Shown here: positions 1-9,388 of the stretch, one piece after another
How the letters are laid out: each line of letters begins with the position of its first letter
How positions within the stretch are numbered: position 1 is the first letter of the stretch
From: an uncultured Clostridia bacterium
GTDB taxonomy: Bacteria > Bacillota > Clostridia > TANB77 > CAG-508
Assembly: GCA_934130085.1 (NCBI GenBank)
Contig: CAKOXK010000001.1
Span: forward strand, 7,288-71,287
Length of the DNA: 64,000 bases
Direction: 5' to 3'
Translations under genes and position numbers: made by a program
Notes under the pieces: model-generated
Told to the model about the DNA's origin: nothing
Databases searched by the model: none
What the model saw: only the letters and a program-made list of their open reading frames with translations

Positions 1-819
1 ATCAAATTTAAAGCAAGCTATGTTAGCTGTGGTAATTTCTTCGCCATTAGAAAGTTCCAATACCTTGTCTTTTCCAATAAAATCAATACTTTTTTCTCTA
101 GCAATATTGATATCAACATCATCACCAGTTAATCCTTTACCATTAAATATTGATTGGTTCTCAGAAAAAGCACCATCATAAATTAAGCCAGTATACTGGT
201 GCAAATCCTCTTCTATATTAGAGAAAGTAACTTTTGACAAATTGCTGTCTTCGCTATTAAAAGCGGTTTTTCCTTTATTCGTTAGTTCGCCCCATTTTAT
301 TGTATTATCAGAAAGATCACTCTCAAGTTGATTAATCGTATTTACCAAGCTAACACTGTATTCATGAAGAGAAGTCAGTTTAGAAATATCATCATCGGAC
401 AAATTCTCTCCATCAATACTTTTTTTCGACAAATAGAAACAATAATCTGAAACTTGATTAAAAAACTTCTGAACTTGTTCCAAATCATTAGTGGGAATAG
501 GTAAAAATGAGATATAAGTTTGAGCAAGAGAAGCACTTTTCCAAGCAGAGGTTAAAATTTTTGCAGCATGCTCTTTTGAATTAGAAATAGTAGACTTGGC
601 CAAAAGTTTTTCAGTATTATTTGTATATTCAACAAGCTCATAAAAAGCCTGGTTGTAATTGTTTTCAGCAATTCTCCTATAATCTAAAGACTTCTTTAAA
701 GCATAAACAGTAAGAATAATTATAATCACTATAAGAGTAACAACAACTGTAAACATTTTGCCTTTGCGAAGTCTATCTTTAAAATCATACAACTTATTTT
801 TCAAACTCGAACCCGACAT
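1..819 (-). CDS. ypeB: Germination protein YpeB (N-terminal part; C-terminus lies beyond window start); not in supplied ORF track
   Basis: Minus-strand ORF with ATG at 819..817 preceded by a GGAAGGAA RBS. Translation MSGSSLKNKLYDFKDRLRKGKMFTVVVTLIVIIIIL...AENNYNQAFYELVEYTNN... has the N-terminal TM segment and the conserved AENNY(Q/N)xAFxEL region of B. subtilis YpeB. Confidence 0.7.
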   Translation of the reverse strand, partial: MSGSSLKNKLYDFKDRLRKGKMFTVVVTLIVIIIILTVYALKKSLDYRRIAENNYNQAFYELVEYTNNTEKLLAKSTISNSKEHAAKILTSAWKSASLAQTYISFLPIPTNDLEQVQKFFNQVSDYCFYLSKKSIDGENLSDDDISKLTSLHEYSVSLVNTINQLESDLSDNTIKWGELTNKGKTAFNSEDSNLSKVTFSNIEEDLHQYTGLIYDGAFSENQSIFNGKGLTGDDVDINIAREKSIDFIGKDKVLELSNGEEITTANIACFKFD

Positions 820-999
820 AACAATTCCTTCCAAATTATAATATAAAATCAAATTTTTAATATTATAGGCAAAAAAATAATTAATATACAAATAGACCTA
901 AATAATGTGATTAAATTAAAGTTAATATTATCAATTTTTTATCATTGTATTAATGTAAAAAAGCTAAAAGAAAAAATAAATATACTTGAAAATTAAAAA

Positions 1000-1036
1000 A
1001 TATAGAAACTATTAAAAAATAGTTTCTATATTTAAT
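1000..1036. terminator. Perfect AT-rich palindrome (atagaaactatt-aaaaa-atagtttctat) downstream of the 250-aa minus-strand gene
   Basis: 12-bp perfect inverted-repeat arms separated by 6 nt and flanked by T/A runs. Position matches a rho-independent terminator for ORF 1106..1858. Confidence 0.4.
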
Positions 1037-1105
1037 CGTCTAATAACAAAAATTACATATTAGACTTGCAATCAAAACACAAACTTAGTCAGAGCTAATA
1101 GAATT

Positions 1106-1858
1106 CTATGCCTCAGAGATACTTTTCCATTTGCTCCCATCAAATGGCCAAAACATACTTTCACCATGAGACATTGGCACAAACATTGGCTTTTTTCTGA
1201 AGCCATGTTCTCTTAATTTACTTACTCTACCCTTGGTAATGTAAGTCTTTCCATCTACGTTGACAAATACTGTGATGTTATCACTAGTATAATATTTGCC
1301 AATGAGCTTAAAGTCCGGCTCTCTGAAAAGAGAATATTGAATGAATGGATAGTAAACCATCATCCCATGTTGCTTCTTAACCGTTAAGCCATTTTCCGGA
1401 ATTTCTAAGCAATTCTCAAGAAATTCATCATCAAGAGGGGTTATGTAGTTTGTTTCACTTTGTGCTGTACATTTTTCTGCTAAAGCTTCCTTCTGAAAGT
1501 CATCAACAGCGTCTCTTATGTGGTCCCATCTGTTTTTTAGTCCCTTAACATATTCAATGTTTGAAATCGGAATTGAAAAATTCTTATAAATAAAACCATA
1601 GTGTCTTAAAGATTTTTCAAATTCAGGAGACATTGGAGACAAGTAGATATGCCCTTTAGTCGAATAGCAAATTGTGCAGGGGTTAAAACAGTAGATATCT
1701 TGCCCTGGTGCCTTAATATTTTCCGCCATTTCTTCTGTAAAGGTTCTTTCTTCTTCAGAGATATCATCCACGATGACCATTCCAGGCCTGAGCTCAATAG
1801 AGAACTCATTCTCTAACCAATCAAGTGAGACAAACTGTTTATGTTTCTGATTTGCCAT
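1106..1858 (-). CDS. Uncharacterized protein, paralogue 1 of a tandem pair
   Basis: 250-aa ORF with RBS GGAGGATAAAAA before the ATG. Shares blocks with ORF 2034..2771 (FSI(E/Q)L..GM.V.D, C(L/F)EIP(E/D)(N/E)G, (V/I)FVN(V/R)DG(K/R)TYI(T/A)KG, KK(P/M)MFVP(M/L)S, IGKY). No family recognized from memory. Confidence 0.6.
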   Translation of the reverse strand: MANQKHKQFVSLDWLENEFSIELRPGMVIVDDISEEERTFTEEMAENIKAPGQDIYCFNPCTICYSTKGHIYLSPMSPEFEKSLRHYGFIYKNFSIPISNIEYVKGLKNRWDHIRDAVDDFQKEALAEKCTAQSETNYITPLDDEFLENCLEIPENGLTVKKQHGMMVYYPFIQYSLFREPDFKLIGKYYTSDNITVFVNVDGKTYITKGRVSKLREHGFRKKPMFVPMSHGESMFWPFDGSKWKSISEA

Positions 1859-1927
1859 TTTTTATCCTCCTAAAAATTTTTGATGTGTATCATGATGTCA
1901 ACCCAAAAGGAAGATATCATGACGTGA

Positions 1928-2033
1928 ACACTAACAACTAAAACTAACAACTAGAATTAGCGACTAGAACTTGTAACTAAAACTTGCAACCAATGTCTAC
2001 AGCTAATAGCTACAATTGAAGTTGATAACTAAC
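1928..2033. repeat. Degenerate ~13-bp direct repeats (aacaactaRaaYt x4) plus a ctaatagcta motif between the two paralogues
   Basis: Read directly: ctaacaactaaaact / aacaactagaatt / agcgactagaactt / gtaactaaaactt / gcaacc. Confidence 0.4.
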
Positions 2034-2771
2034 CTACTTTAAAACTTCAATGCTGCTCCATGCTTTATCAAGAGAATCATCAAGGATTGTCTCATTGTAT
2101 GAAAGCGGAACAAACATCTTTTTGAGATGAAAGCCAGATTTTTCAAGCTCATAGATTATGCCATACCCCTTAGCAATGTAAGTTCTACCGTCTCGATTGA
2201 CGAAAATTACCTTGCCATTATGTGCACAGTATTTTCCAATGAACTCGATGTCATCAACCGAATGCCTACAAGAAATATACGGCCAATACGTAATAATGGC
2301 CCCATCTCTTATGACATCGATTCCTTCATCAGGAATTTCAAAACACTTATTCAGTGTTTTTGAATTAACAGAGAAGATCCCATTAGCCTTGCTAAAAGCA
2401 ATACAATCTTTAATGAAATCTTGTTTCTCAGCATCAGCAATCCTTTCTGCGATAAAACTTACTCTTGATTGTTGATACTTCAAGGTCTCGCTCTCAGACA
2501 AAGGCATCATGAAATTATCTTGTTTGATACGATGATCTTCAAGAGTATCTATTACTTTGGGAGAATTTAAAGAAAGATAAACATTCCTTTCGTCCACAAA
2601 ACATACATATCTTGAATTAAAATTGTACCGATAATTGAAATTCTTTATTAAATTGTCAAGCAGAAGTTCTTTTTCTGCACCGCTGTTTTGATCAAAAACC
2701 AGCATTCCCTCTTCAAGCTGAATCGAAAACTCTGCTTTGATCCGTTTCATTGTTGTTAAATGTTTCGTCAT
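2034..2771 (-). CDS. Uncharacterized protein, paralogue 2 of the tandem pair
   Basis: 245-aa ORF with RBS GGAGGTAATATA. Paralogous to ORF 1106..1858. The leaders are also duplicated (ACACATCAAA(a/t)AATTTT..GGAGG and TTGGGTTGACAT upstream of both). Confidence 0.6.
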   Translation of the reverse strand: MTKHLTTMKRIKAEFSIQLEEGMLVFDQNSGAEKELLLDNLIKNFNYRYNFNSRYVCFVDERNVYLSLNSPKVIDTLEDHRIKQDNFMMPLSESETLKYQQSRVSFIAERIADAEKQDFIKDCIAFSKANGIFSVNSKTLNKCFEIPDEGIDVIRDGAIITYWPYISCRHSVDDIEFIGKYCAHNGKVIFVNRDGRTYIAKGYGIIYELEKSGFHLKKMFVPLSYNETILDDSLDKAWSSIEVLK

Positions 2772-3000
2772 ATATTACCTCCAAAATTATTTGATGTGTA
2801 CCTCATGTTGAAAAAACCATGAAGGCTATAAAAAACAGTTACACCTTTATTTTACAACCTTAAAGAATTTATGTCAACCCAAAACGCTTTTTTATTACGA
2901 AGAAATGCCTAAATTTATAATTGTCTGGGGGAGAATCATTTAATGAATATTTTATGATATATTTGCCAATAAAAAAACAATAAAAATAATCAAATTTAGT

Positions 3001-3029
3001 TTGACCTTGTTTCCTTTAAATGATACAAT
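3001..3029 (+). promoter_or_regulatory. Sigma-A-type promoter candidate for the ugtP-like gene (TTGACC-17bp-TACAAT)
   Basis: TTGACC at 3001-3006, 17-bp spacer, TACAAT at 3024-3029, about 40 bp before RBS/ATG 3072. Confidence 0.45.
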
Positions 3030-3071
3030 TCTAACTAAGTATAGTAGAAATCACATGGAAATGAGGATAAA

Positions 3072-4208
3072 ATGAAAATATTAATATTTTATGCATCTTA
3101 CGGCGGAGGGCATCTGTCAGCTGCAAACTCAATAAAATCGTACATAGAAAGCAATTACAAAAACAGTATTATTGAGATGTGCGATTGTATGAAATACATA
3201 AATAAACCCATAGAAAAAATTACTACAGATGCTTATAAAATTATGGCAAAAGATGTACCAAAAGCATGGGGAATGATATACAAATGGTCAGATAAAGGGC
3301 CAATCTTTCACATATCAAATTTTAACAATGAAATGATGTCAAAAAAATTACACAAAATGTTTATAGAATTCAATCCTGATATAGTAATATCAACACATCC
3401 ATTTAGTACGCAAATGTCAGCATATTTAAAAAAGACAGGAAAGATAAAATGCAAAATTGCTAGTATTATGACAGACTTTGCATCGCAAAATCAGTGGCTT
3501 GTTGGCAATGAATATGTTGATTATATATTTGTTTCAAACAAAGAAATGAGAGATGTTATTATAAAAAAAGGAGTAGATGAGAAAAAAGTATTTGCAACTG
3601 GAATTCCGCTATCATTGAGATTTCAAGAAAAGTTTGACAAAGAAAAAATTTATGAAGAATTTAAACTGAATAAAAACAAAAAAATCATATTATTCTTTGG
3701 TGGAGGGGAATTTGGACTTGCTAAAGAAGAAACAACAGAAGTGCTAAAACAATTTGTCGAAAATTTGCAAAACAAGTATCAAATTGTAATAATCTCAGGA
3801 AAGAACGACAAAATTCACCAAAAATTCGAAGAAATTGTTAAAGAAGAAAAACAAGAAGAAAATGCGAAAGTTCTTGGTTTCACAAATATGGTACCTGAAT
3901 TAATGAGCATATCATACATGGTTGTAACAAAGCCAGGAGGACTAACATCAACAGAAAGCATATCATCAAATTTACCAATGATAATAATAAACCCAATACC
4001 AGGACAAGAAGAAGAAAATGCAAGGTATCTTGAGAAAAATGAAGTTGCAATTTGGCTACATGATGATGACAATTTTAAAGAAAAAATAAAGCAAATTCTG
4101 GAAAATGATAAAAAGCTAGAAGAGATGAGAGAAAAAACAAAAAAAATTGCAAACATAAACTCTACAAGAGATATCGTAAAAACAATAATGAATGAGCAGA
4201 GTTTGTAA
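3072..4208 (+). CDS. ugtP: Processive diacylglycerol beta-glycosyltransferase (MGDG-synthase N-domain + GT28 C-domain), UgtP-like
   Basis: 378 aa. N-terminus ILIFYASYGGGH matches the UgtP/MGDG-synthase motif (cf. B. subtilis VLILTANYGNGH). C-terminal VVTKPGGLTSTESIS...PIPGQEEENARYL matches GT28 (cf. ITKPGGITLTEA...PVPGQEKENA). Confidence 0.8.
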   Translation: MKILIFYASYGGGHLSAANSIKSYIESNYKNSIIEMCDCMKYINKPIEKITTDAYKIMAKDVPKAWGMIYKWSDKGPIFHISNFNNEMMSKKLHKMFIEFNPDIVISTHPFSTQMSAYLKKTGKIKCKIASIMTDFASQNQWLVGNEYVDYIFVSNKEMRDVIIKKGVDEKKVFATGIPLSLRFQEKFDKEKIYEEFKLNKNKKIILFFGGGEFGLAKEETTEVLKQFVENLQNKYQIVIISGKNDKIHQKFEEIVKEEKQEENAKVLGFTNMVPELMSISYMVVTKPGGLTSTESISSNLPMIIINPIPGQEEENARYLEKNEVAIWLHDDDNFKEKIKQILENDKKLEEMREKTKKIANINSTRDIVKTIMNEQSL

Positions 4209-4361
4209 AATAATAATTAATGAATGAAAAGATAAACAAATGATCAAATTATTAGTAACAACTAATAGGAAACTCTAAATAATAAAAAATTTCAATTATA
4301 AGTAGAAAATAATGAAAATAACAAAATAGAAAAGATAATAGCTTGAATATAAGGAGGGGTT

Positions 4362-4928
4362 ATGGAATTAGATAAAATTGTTGAATACATAAAGAACAAT
4401 TTAAGTGAAAAAAGATTTAAACATTCGGTAGGCGTAATGAATATGTGCGAAAAACTTGCTAAAATTTATGATGCAGATGTTGAAAAAGCCAAGAAAATCG
4501 GAATAGTACATGATATGGCTAAAGAGATGACCAATGAAGAACTTCTAAATTATATAGATGAAAACAATCTAAAATTAACACAAGAAGAAAGAACAATGAC
4601 CTATCTTTTCCATGGAATTGTGGCAGCAGACATTGCAAAAAAGAAATTTTCATTTGACAAAGAAATGGAACTTGCAATTGCATACCACACAACGTCAAAA
4701 CCTGCAATGACTATATTACAAAAGATTTTATTTGTATCAGACAAAATCGAAGAAAATAGAACATATAGTGATGTCGAATATTATAGAAATTTGGCGTATA
4801 ATGACATAGACGAATGCATATTAAAAATCTTAGACTATCAAATAAAAAATGATATAGAAACTAATAGAACAATTCCTCAAAAAAGCATAGAAAGTAGGAA
4901 TTATATATTGATAAATTTCAAAAAATAA
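4362..4928 (+). CDS. yqeK: HD-domain hydrolase YqeK (Ap4A hydrolase family)
   Basis: 188 aa. RFKHSVGV...GIVHDMAK fits the HD motifs of the YqeK family; size is typical. Confidence 0.65.
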   Translation: MELDKIVEYIKNNLSEKRFKHSVGVMNMCEKLAKIYDADVEKAKKIGIVHDMAKEMTNEELLNYIDENNLKLTQEERTMTYLFHGIVAADIAKKKFSFDKEMELAIAYHTTSKPAMTILQKILFVSDKIEENRTYSDVEYYRNLAYNDIDECILKILDYQIKNDIETNRTIPQKSIESRNYILINFKK

Positions 4929-4961
4929 TATATAATACATGCCTAGAGAAGGGAGAAAAAG

Positions 4962-5843
4962 ATGGTATTTAAAGACTACTATAAAATATTAGGCTTAGAG
5001 TCTAATAAAGTAACATCAGATGAAATTAAAATAGCCTACAGAGAAATGGCTAAAAAGTACCATCCAGACATAAACGTTGGAGACTCCCGTGCAGAAGAAG
5101 TTTTTAAAGATGTAAATGAAGCTTATAAAACACTTTCAAACCCAAAACTTAGAAGAAAGTATGATTTTAACTGGAACAGATATTTCGGAAAATCCGCAAG
5201 AACATCAGACAAAAGGCAGAAAAAATCTTTAAAAGAAATTTTAATTGACATCTTATTTGGAGGAAACATAGCAAAAACTAGTGAGAAAAAGGTTGCAAAA
5301 CCCGAGTACGGTGAAAACATTAATACAAAAATTAATGTTTCATTGCAAGACGCTTTTTATGGTTGCTACAAAAAAATCAAGTTATTAGATGTTAATGGTA
5401 GACCAAGAGAATTCTCATTTAAAATTCCAGCGGGAATTCAAAATCATGATAAAATCAGAATTCCTTCTCAAGGAAAGCATGGAAAAAATGGTGGAAAAAA
5501 TGGAGACTTACTTGTTGAAATTAATATTTTAAATGATAAGTACATAAAATTATATGGCACTGATTTAATAATGGAAATACCAATAAAGCCTTATGAGGCA
5601 GCGCTTGGAGCAACAAAAATAGTAAATGTTTTAGATGAACAAATTAAAATAATCATACCTAAAAATTCATCTAGTGGTGATAGAATAATAATTAATAACA
5701 AGGGTTATAAGACAGGCATGGGGCAAAGAGGAAATTTGCAAATTATTTCAAAGATAGTGATGCCTAAAGAATTAACAGAACAAGAAAAGGAACTATACAT
5801 CAAGCTTAAAGAGCTTGATGCAAATAAAGTAATATACAAATAG
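4962..5843 (+). CDS. J-domain protein, CbpA-like (J domain + DnaJ C-terminal domains, no zinc finger)
   Basis: 293 aa. DYYKILGL...KYHPD (HPD motif) at the N-terminus. No CxxCxGxG repeats. C-terminal beta-rich DnaJ_C-like region. Confidence 0.8.
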   Translation: MVFKDYYKILGLESNKVTSDEIKIAYREMAKKYHPDINVGDSRAEEVFKDVNEAYKTLSNPKLRRKYDFNWNRYFGKSARTSDKRQKKSLKEILIDILFGGNIAKTSEKKVAKPEYGENINTKINVSLQDAFYGCYKKIKLLDVNGRPREFSFKIPAGIQNHDKIRIPSQGKHGKNGGKNGDLLVEINILNDKYIKLYGTDLIMEIPIKPYEAALGATKIVNVLDEQIKIIIPKNSSSGDRIIINNKGYKTGMGQRGNLQIISKIVMPKELTEQEKELYIKLKELDANKVIYK

Positions 5844-5925
5844 TTCAAATTATGTTGACATATTTACATAAATTTGGTATACTAGTTTTTAGTTGACTAA
5901 GGAGAATTAAGAAAGAGGTGTTATA

Positions 5926-6456
5926 ATGGCTGAAAAATTTATAGGAAAGTATTTCAGTATTACTGACCCAAATGGCGTAAACACTGTTATATACCGTATT
6001 AACAAAACGGCTAAAGAATACCAAAATCAGTATCCAAAGTACACGGTAGAAAGACTTGTCTCAACTGAAGAGTTGAACGGGAACGCAAAAAAGAAAACAT
6101 TTTTTGTTGATTACCCAGAACCAGAAGGAGAAGATTTAGTAATACTATCATTTGGTGCAGATAAGGTTGTAGTAAATACAGGAAAGCTTAAAGATGATAA
6201 AGTTAGAATCACCAAAATGCCGATACCTGTTCAATTTAATACACTTTATTCAGAAACCCCTACGGAGTACAAAAGTTTCAAATACACACCAAACCTACAG
6301 AGGCCTATTACTATAATTGACCCTGAAACTACAGAAGAAGTAAAGCCTATGCTTTACCTTGATAAAAATACAAATGAAGTTAAAGGAAAATGTAAATTAA
6401 AACCATATAAATCTTATTTCGCATTTGAAATAAGAGATAAAAACAACGAGAATTAA
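5926..6456 (+). CDS. Hypothetical protein (176 aa)
   Basis: Clean ORF with strong RBS AAGGAGAATTAAGAAAGAGG. No recognizable family. Confidence 0.5.
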   Translation: MAEKFIGKYFSITDPNGVNTVIYRINKTAKEYQNQYPKYTVERLVSTEELNGNAKKKTFFVDYPEPEGEDLVILSFGADKVVVNTGKLKDDKVRITKMPIPVQFNTLYSETPTEYKSFKYTPNLQRPITIIDPETTEEVKPMLYLDKNTNEVKGKCKLKPYKSYFAFEIRDKNNEN

Positions 6457-6469
6457 GGAGGAATTTCCA

Positions 6470-6817
6470 TTGAATTCAAAGAATATTAATAGTCAAGATA
6501 GTCAAGAAAACTCTGAGGTGAGAAGAAACGCTCAAATGCCAGAAAAAATTGTGATAGCCGCAATACAAATGATGTATGATGAACATGAAAAAGATATAAA
6601 TGCAAGGGGTTTTGAAAAAGAATTTCCAACTGAAAAAGAAAAAAATCCAGCAGAAAAAATCTACATACAAGCATTTGATTCAAGAGAAAATGAAGTAGGA
6701 TTGTCACTATCAAGTTTAAATGAAATGGAAGCGAACAGAGATAGACGAATGACAAGAACAGCAATAGAAGTTAGAAAAATGAAAAAGCAGAGAATCGATA
6801 ACTCAATGCAAAAATAA
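6470..6817 (+). CDS. Hypothetical acidic protein (115 aa)
   Basis: ORF follows 5926..6456 with RBS AAGGAGG; TTG start. No recognizable family. Confidence 0.4.
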   Translation: MNSKNINSQDSQENSEVRRNAQMPEKIVIAAIQMMYDEHEKDINARGFEKEFPTEKEKNPAEKIYIQAFDSRENEVGLSLSSLNEMEANRDRRMTRTAIEVRKMKKQRIDNSMQK

Positions 6818-6849
6818 AAATGTAAAACCAATGAGAAGGTTATAATAAT

Positions 6850-9027
6850 ATGAAAAATGTAATCGAATATATAAAAAAACATAAAGTTTCACTAATTGTA
6901 TTACTAGTTGTATGGCTAATTGCGGAGATATTTTTAATTGCGCCAATAGCCTGCACAGCAGGTCAAAGTACAGTAAATGGAACTTTTAATTTAACATTAT
7001 TTATTGAAAATATAATTCCAAATATCGCAAGTATGAATAGTTTTTTTAAAGTATTTACAGCAAATGCATTTCCAGCATTTCAGCTCGGTACAGTAATACT
7101 AACAATAACTTTAATAATTTGCTTCGGAATTGGAATATACAAAGCAAGAAGTAAAAGTGAGTTTGATAAAATAGAACATGGTTCTAGTGACTGGACGCAA
7201 AACGGTGAACAATATAGAGTATTAAGTAAAAACAAGGGTCTTATCCTTGCAAAAGATAACTATTTACCACTAAATAAATTAGGTAATGTAAACGTATTAT
7301 TAGTTGGTGGTTCAGGTTCTGGTAAATCATCAGCGTACTCAATACCAAATGCACACCAATGCCTTGGTTCATACGTTTTTACAGATCCAAAAGGTGAAAT
7401 TTATGATAAGACCGCAGGTTATTTAAAATCTCAAGGGTATGATATAAAAATTCTAAATTTGGTTAACCCTAAAAGCAGTGATAGCTACAATCCATTATTC
7501 CATATCCAATCAGAAATTGATGTTGATGTAATTGCAAGCACAATTGTACATGGTCAGCAATCAGAAAAGGCATCAGATCCTTATTGGGATAATATGTCTG
7601 AACTATTGCTAAAATCTTTAATTTACTACCTTTTAGCAACAAGACCAATGGAAGAGCAAAACTTAGAAAGTTGCGCAGAACTTGTAAGAGCTGCAAACAC
7701 AAATGGTGGAGACTCAAACTTATTATCAGACTTAATTAACAAATTACCTTATGATCATCCAGCAAGAATGAATTACAAATCTGTTGAAATTGCATCTGAC
7801 AGAACATATCAATCAATACTCAGCTCACTACAATCAGCTCTTGGTAAATTTGATTCAAAAGAAATAGCAGATGTAACATCAACGAACACAATAAATTTTG
7901 AAGATATTGCAACAAAGAAAACCGCTTTATATGTTGTTTCATCTGATACGCATGCAGCTTATGATTTCTTGTTAACAATATTCTTCTCTCAAATGATACA
8001 ACATTTATATGATTTTGCAGACAAAAATGGTGGAAGATTACCAATACAAACATTCTTTATACTAGACGAGTTCGCAAACATCGGTCAAATACCAGACTTT
8101 GATAAAAAGATATCAACAAGTAGATCTAGAGGAATATCATTCAGTGTAATTTTACAAAACCTAGATCAATTAAAATCAATATATGAAAAATCGTATGAAA
8201 CAATAATAGGAAATTGTGATACACACGTCTTCCTAGGAAGTAACTCATTTGCAACAGTAGAATACTTTTCAAAAGAACTGGGCGAGAAAACAATATCACA
8301 TAGTAGCAAATCAGTAAACAGAGACAATGATTCTGTCAGAAAAGGTTATAGTGAGTCAGACCAAATCATGGCAAGAGCTTTAATGACACCAGATGAACTT
8401 AGAAGAATGGATAATGATGAATGTATCATATTTGAAAAGGGTCTAAAACCAATAAAGGCAAAAAAATACTGGTGGTTTAAAGAATCACATATAGTAAGAG
8501 ATTTAGAAGGCAATGAAATAAGCCACAATGACTATGTTGTAGAAAATAGAGGAGAATGGAGAAAATTTAATCCATATAATCCTTATGTAGAGCCATCAAG
8601 TGATAGTGAAAGAGAAGAAACAAAAATAGGTTCATTAGATGATTTATTTGAAGAAACACCAAGTAATACAAATAAAGCACAAGAAGAAAATATAAGTCAC
8701 GTAAATAACATAAACCTAAATAATGTAAATAACGTAAACAATGGAAATATGAATTACACAAACAACATGGTAAGTAGAAATGATATAAACGGAATAAATA
8801 CAATAAACAAAATTAATCAAAATAACATTGCAAATCAATTTAACCAAAACAATGTAATAAATCCTGTAAACCAAAATAATTTTAAAAGCGAGAACAGATA
8901 CAATCAAGATCCGGTAAGTAAAGTTGAAGCAATGAGTCAAAGAACAAGCCAAGAAACACAAGAGGAAGATATAGATATACAAAAAGAACTAGAAGCAAAA
9001 TTTGATGAGCTATTCGGAAAAATGTAA
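6850..9027 (+). CDS. VirD4/TraG/TraD-type type IV coupling protein (T4CP)-like ATPase with N-terminal TM helices and an Asn-rich C-terminal low-complexity tail
   Basis: 725 aa. Two N-terminal TM segments. Walker A LLVGGSGSGKSS, TDPKGE, Walker B ILDEFANIG. Overall layout is typical of the TraG-D_C/VirD4 family. The last ~150 aa are N/I/V-rich low complexity. Confidence 0.75.
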   Translation: MKNVIEYIKKHKVSLIVLLVVWLIAEIFLIAPIACTAGQSTVNGTFNLTLFIENIIPNIASMNSFFKVFTANAFPAFQLGTVILTITLIICFGIGIYKARSKSEFDKIEHGSSDWTQNGEQYRVLSKNKGLILAKDNYLPLNKLGNVNVLLVGGSGSGKSSAYSIPNAHQCLGSYVFTDPKGEIYDKTAGYLKSQGYDIKILNLVNPKSSDSYNPLFHIQSEIDVDVIASTIVHGQQSEKASDPYWDNMSELLLKSLIYYLLATRPMEEQNLESCAELVRAANTNGGDSNLLSDLINKLPYDHPARMNYKSVEIASDRTYQSILSSLQSALGKFDSKEIADVTSTNTINFEDIATKKTALYVVSSDTHAAYDFLLTIFFSQMIQHLYDFADKNGGRLPIQTFFILDEFANIGQIPDFDKKISTSRSRGISFSVILQNLDQLKSIYEKSYETIIGNCDTHVFLGSNSFATVEYFSKELGEKTISHSSKSVNRDNDSVRKGYSESDQIMARALMTPDELRRMDNDECIIFEKGLKPIKAKKYWWFKESHIVRDLEGNEISHNDYVVENRGEWRKFNPYNPYVEPSSDSEREETKIGSLDDLFEETPSNTNKAQEENISHVNNINLNNVNNVNNGNMNYTNNMVSRNDINGINTINKINQNNIANQFNQNNVINPVNQNNFKSENRYNQDPVSKVEAMSQRTSQETQEEDIDIQKELEAKFDELFGKM

Positions 9028-9164
9028 AAACAAAATCTAAAATACAACAAAGAACAAGCTAAAGAAAAAATAAAAAATAAAAAAACAAGTTTAAACAAAA
9101 CAAAAAATTAAAGAACAAATTAAAAAACAAGTTTAAATAAAAAACAAACTAGAAACAAATTAAA

Positions 9165-9200
9165 ATAAAAAGCTTTCTTAAAAAAGAAAGCTTTTTATTA
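9165..9200 (+). terminator. Rho-independent terminator (aaaaagctttctt-aaaaa-agaaagcttttt) after the T4CP-like gene
   Basis: 13-bp perfect stem followed by a T-run. Confidence 0.6.
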
Positions 9201-9388
9201 TGATATAATTATGAAAAAGAAAACAAAGAAATTTAATATTATAGTGACTATCAAATACCTTGCTCATTTATTTCAACTAATAACAATGCTCGTTTTAAAC
9301 AATATAAAATTAAATATTCTTTGAAGTCTTGAAAATAAAACAGAAGTTTTGATATAATAATGAAAAGTTAACAGAAAGGAATAAGAAG

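Noticed and set aside
780-830. tRNA-like motif 'ctcgaacccgaca' near 800
   Set aside because: It belongs to the ypeB start region (reverse complement of ATGTCGGGTTCGAG = MSGSS). There is no cloverleaf context. No tRNA or rRNA was recognized anywhere in the window.
6850-9027. Calling the region an integrative conjugative element or plasmid remnant on the basis of the VirD4-like gene
   Set aside because: No relaxase, VirB4/VirB6/VirB1 homologues, integrase/recombinase, or flanking attachment repeats are visible. The neighbours are core genes. Only 'orphan T4CP-like gene' is supportable.
9290-9320. Extra copy of the structured repeat ('ctcgttttaaacaatataaa')
   Set aside because: Only a 10-12-nt chance resemblance to the TIR. 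No core sequence is present.
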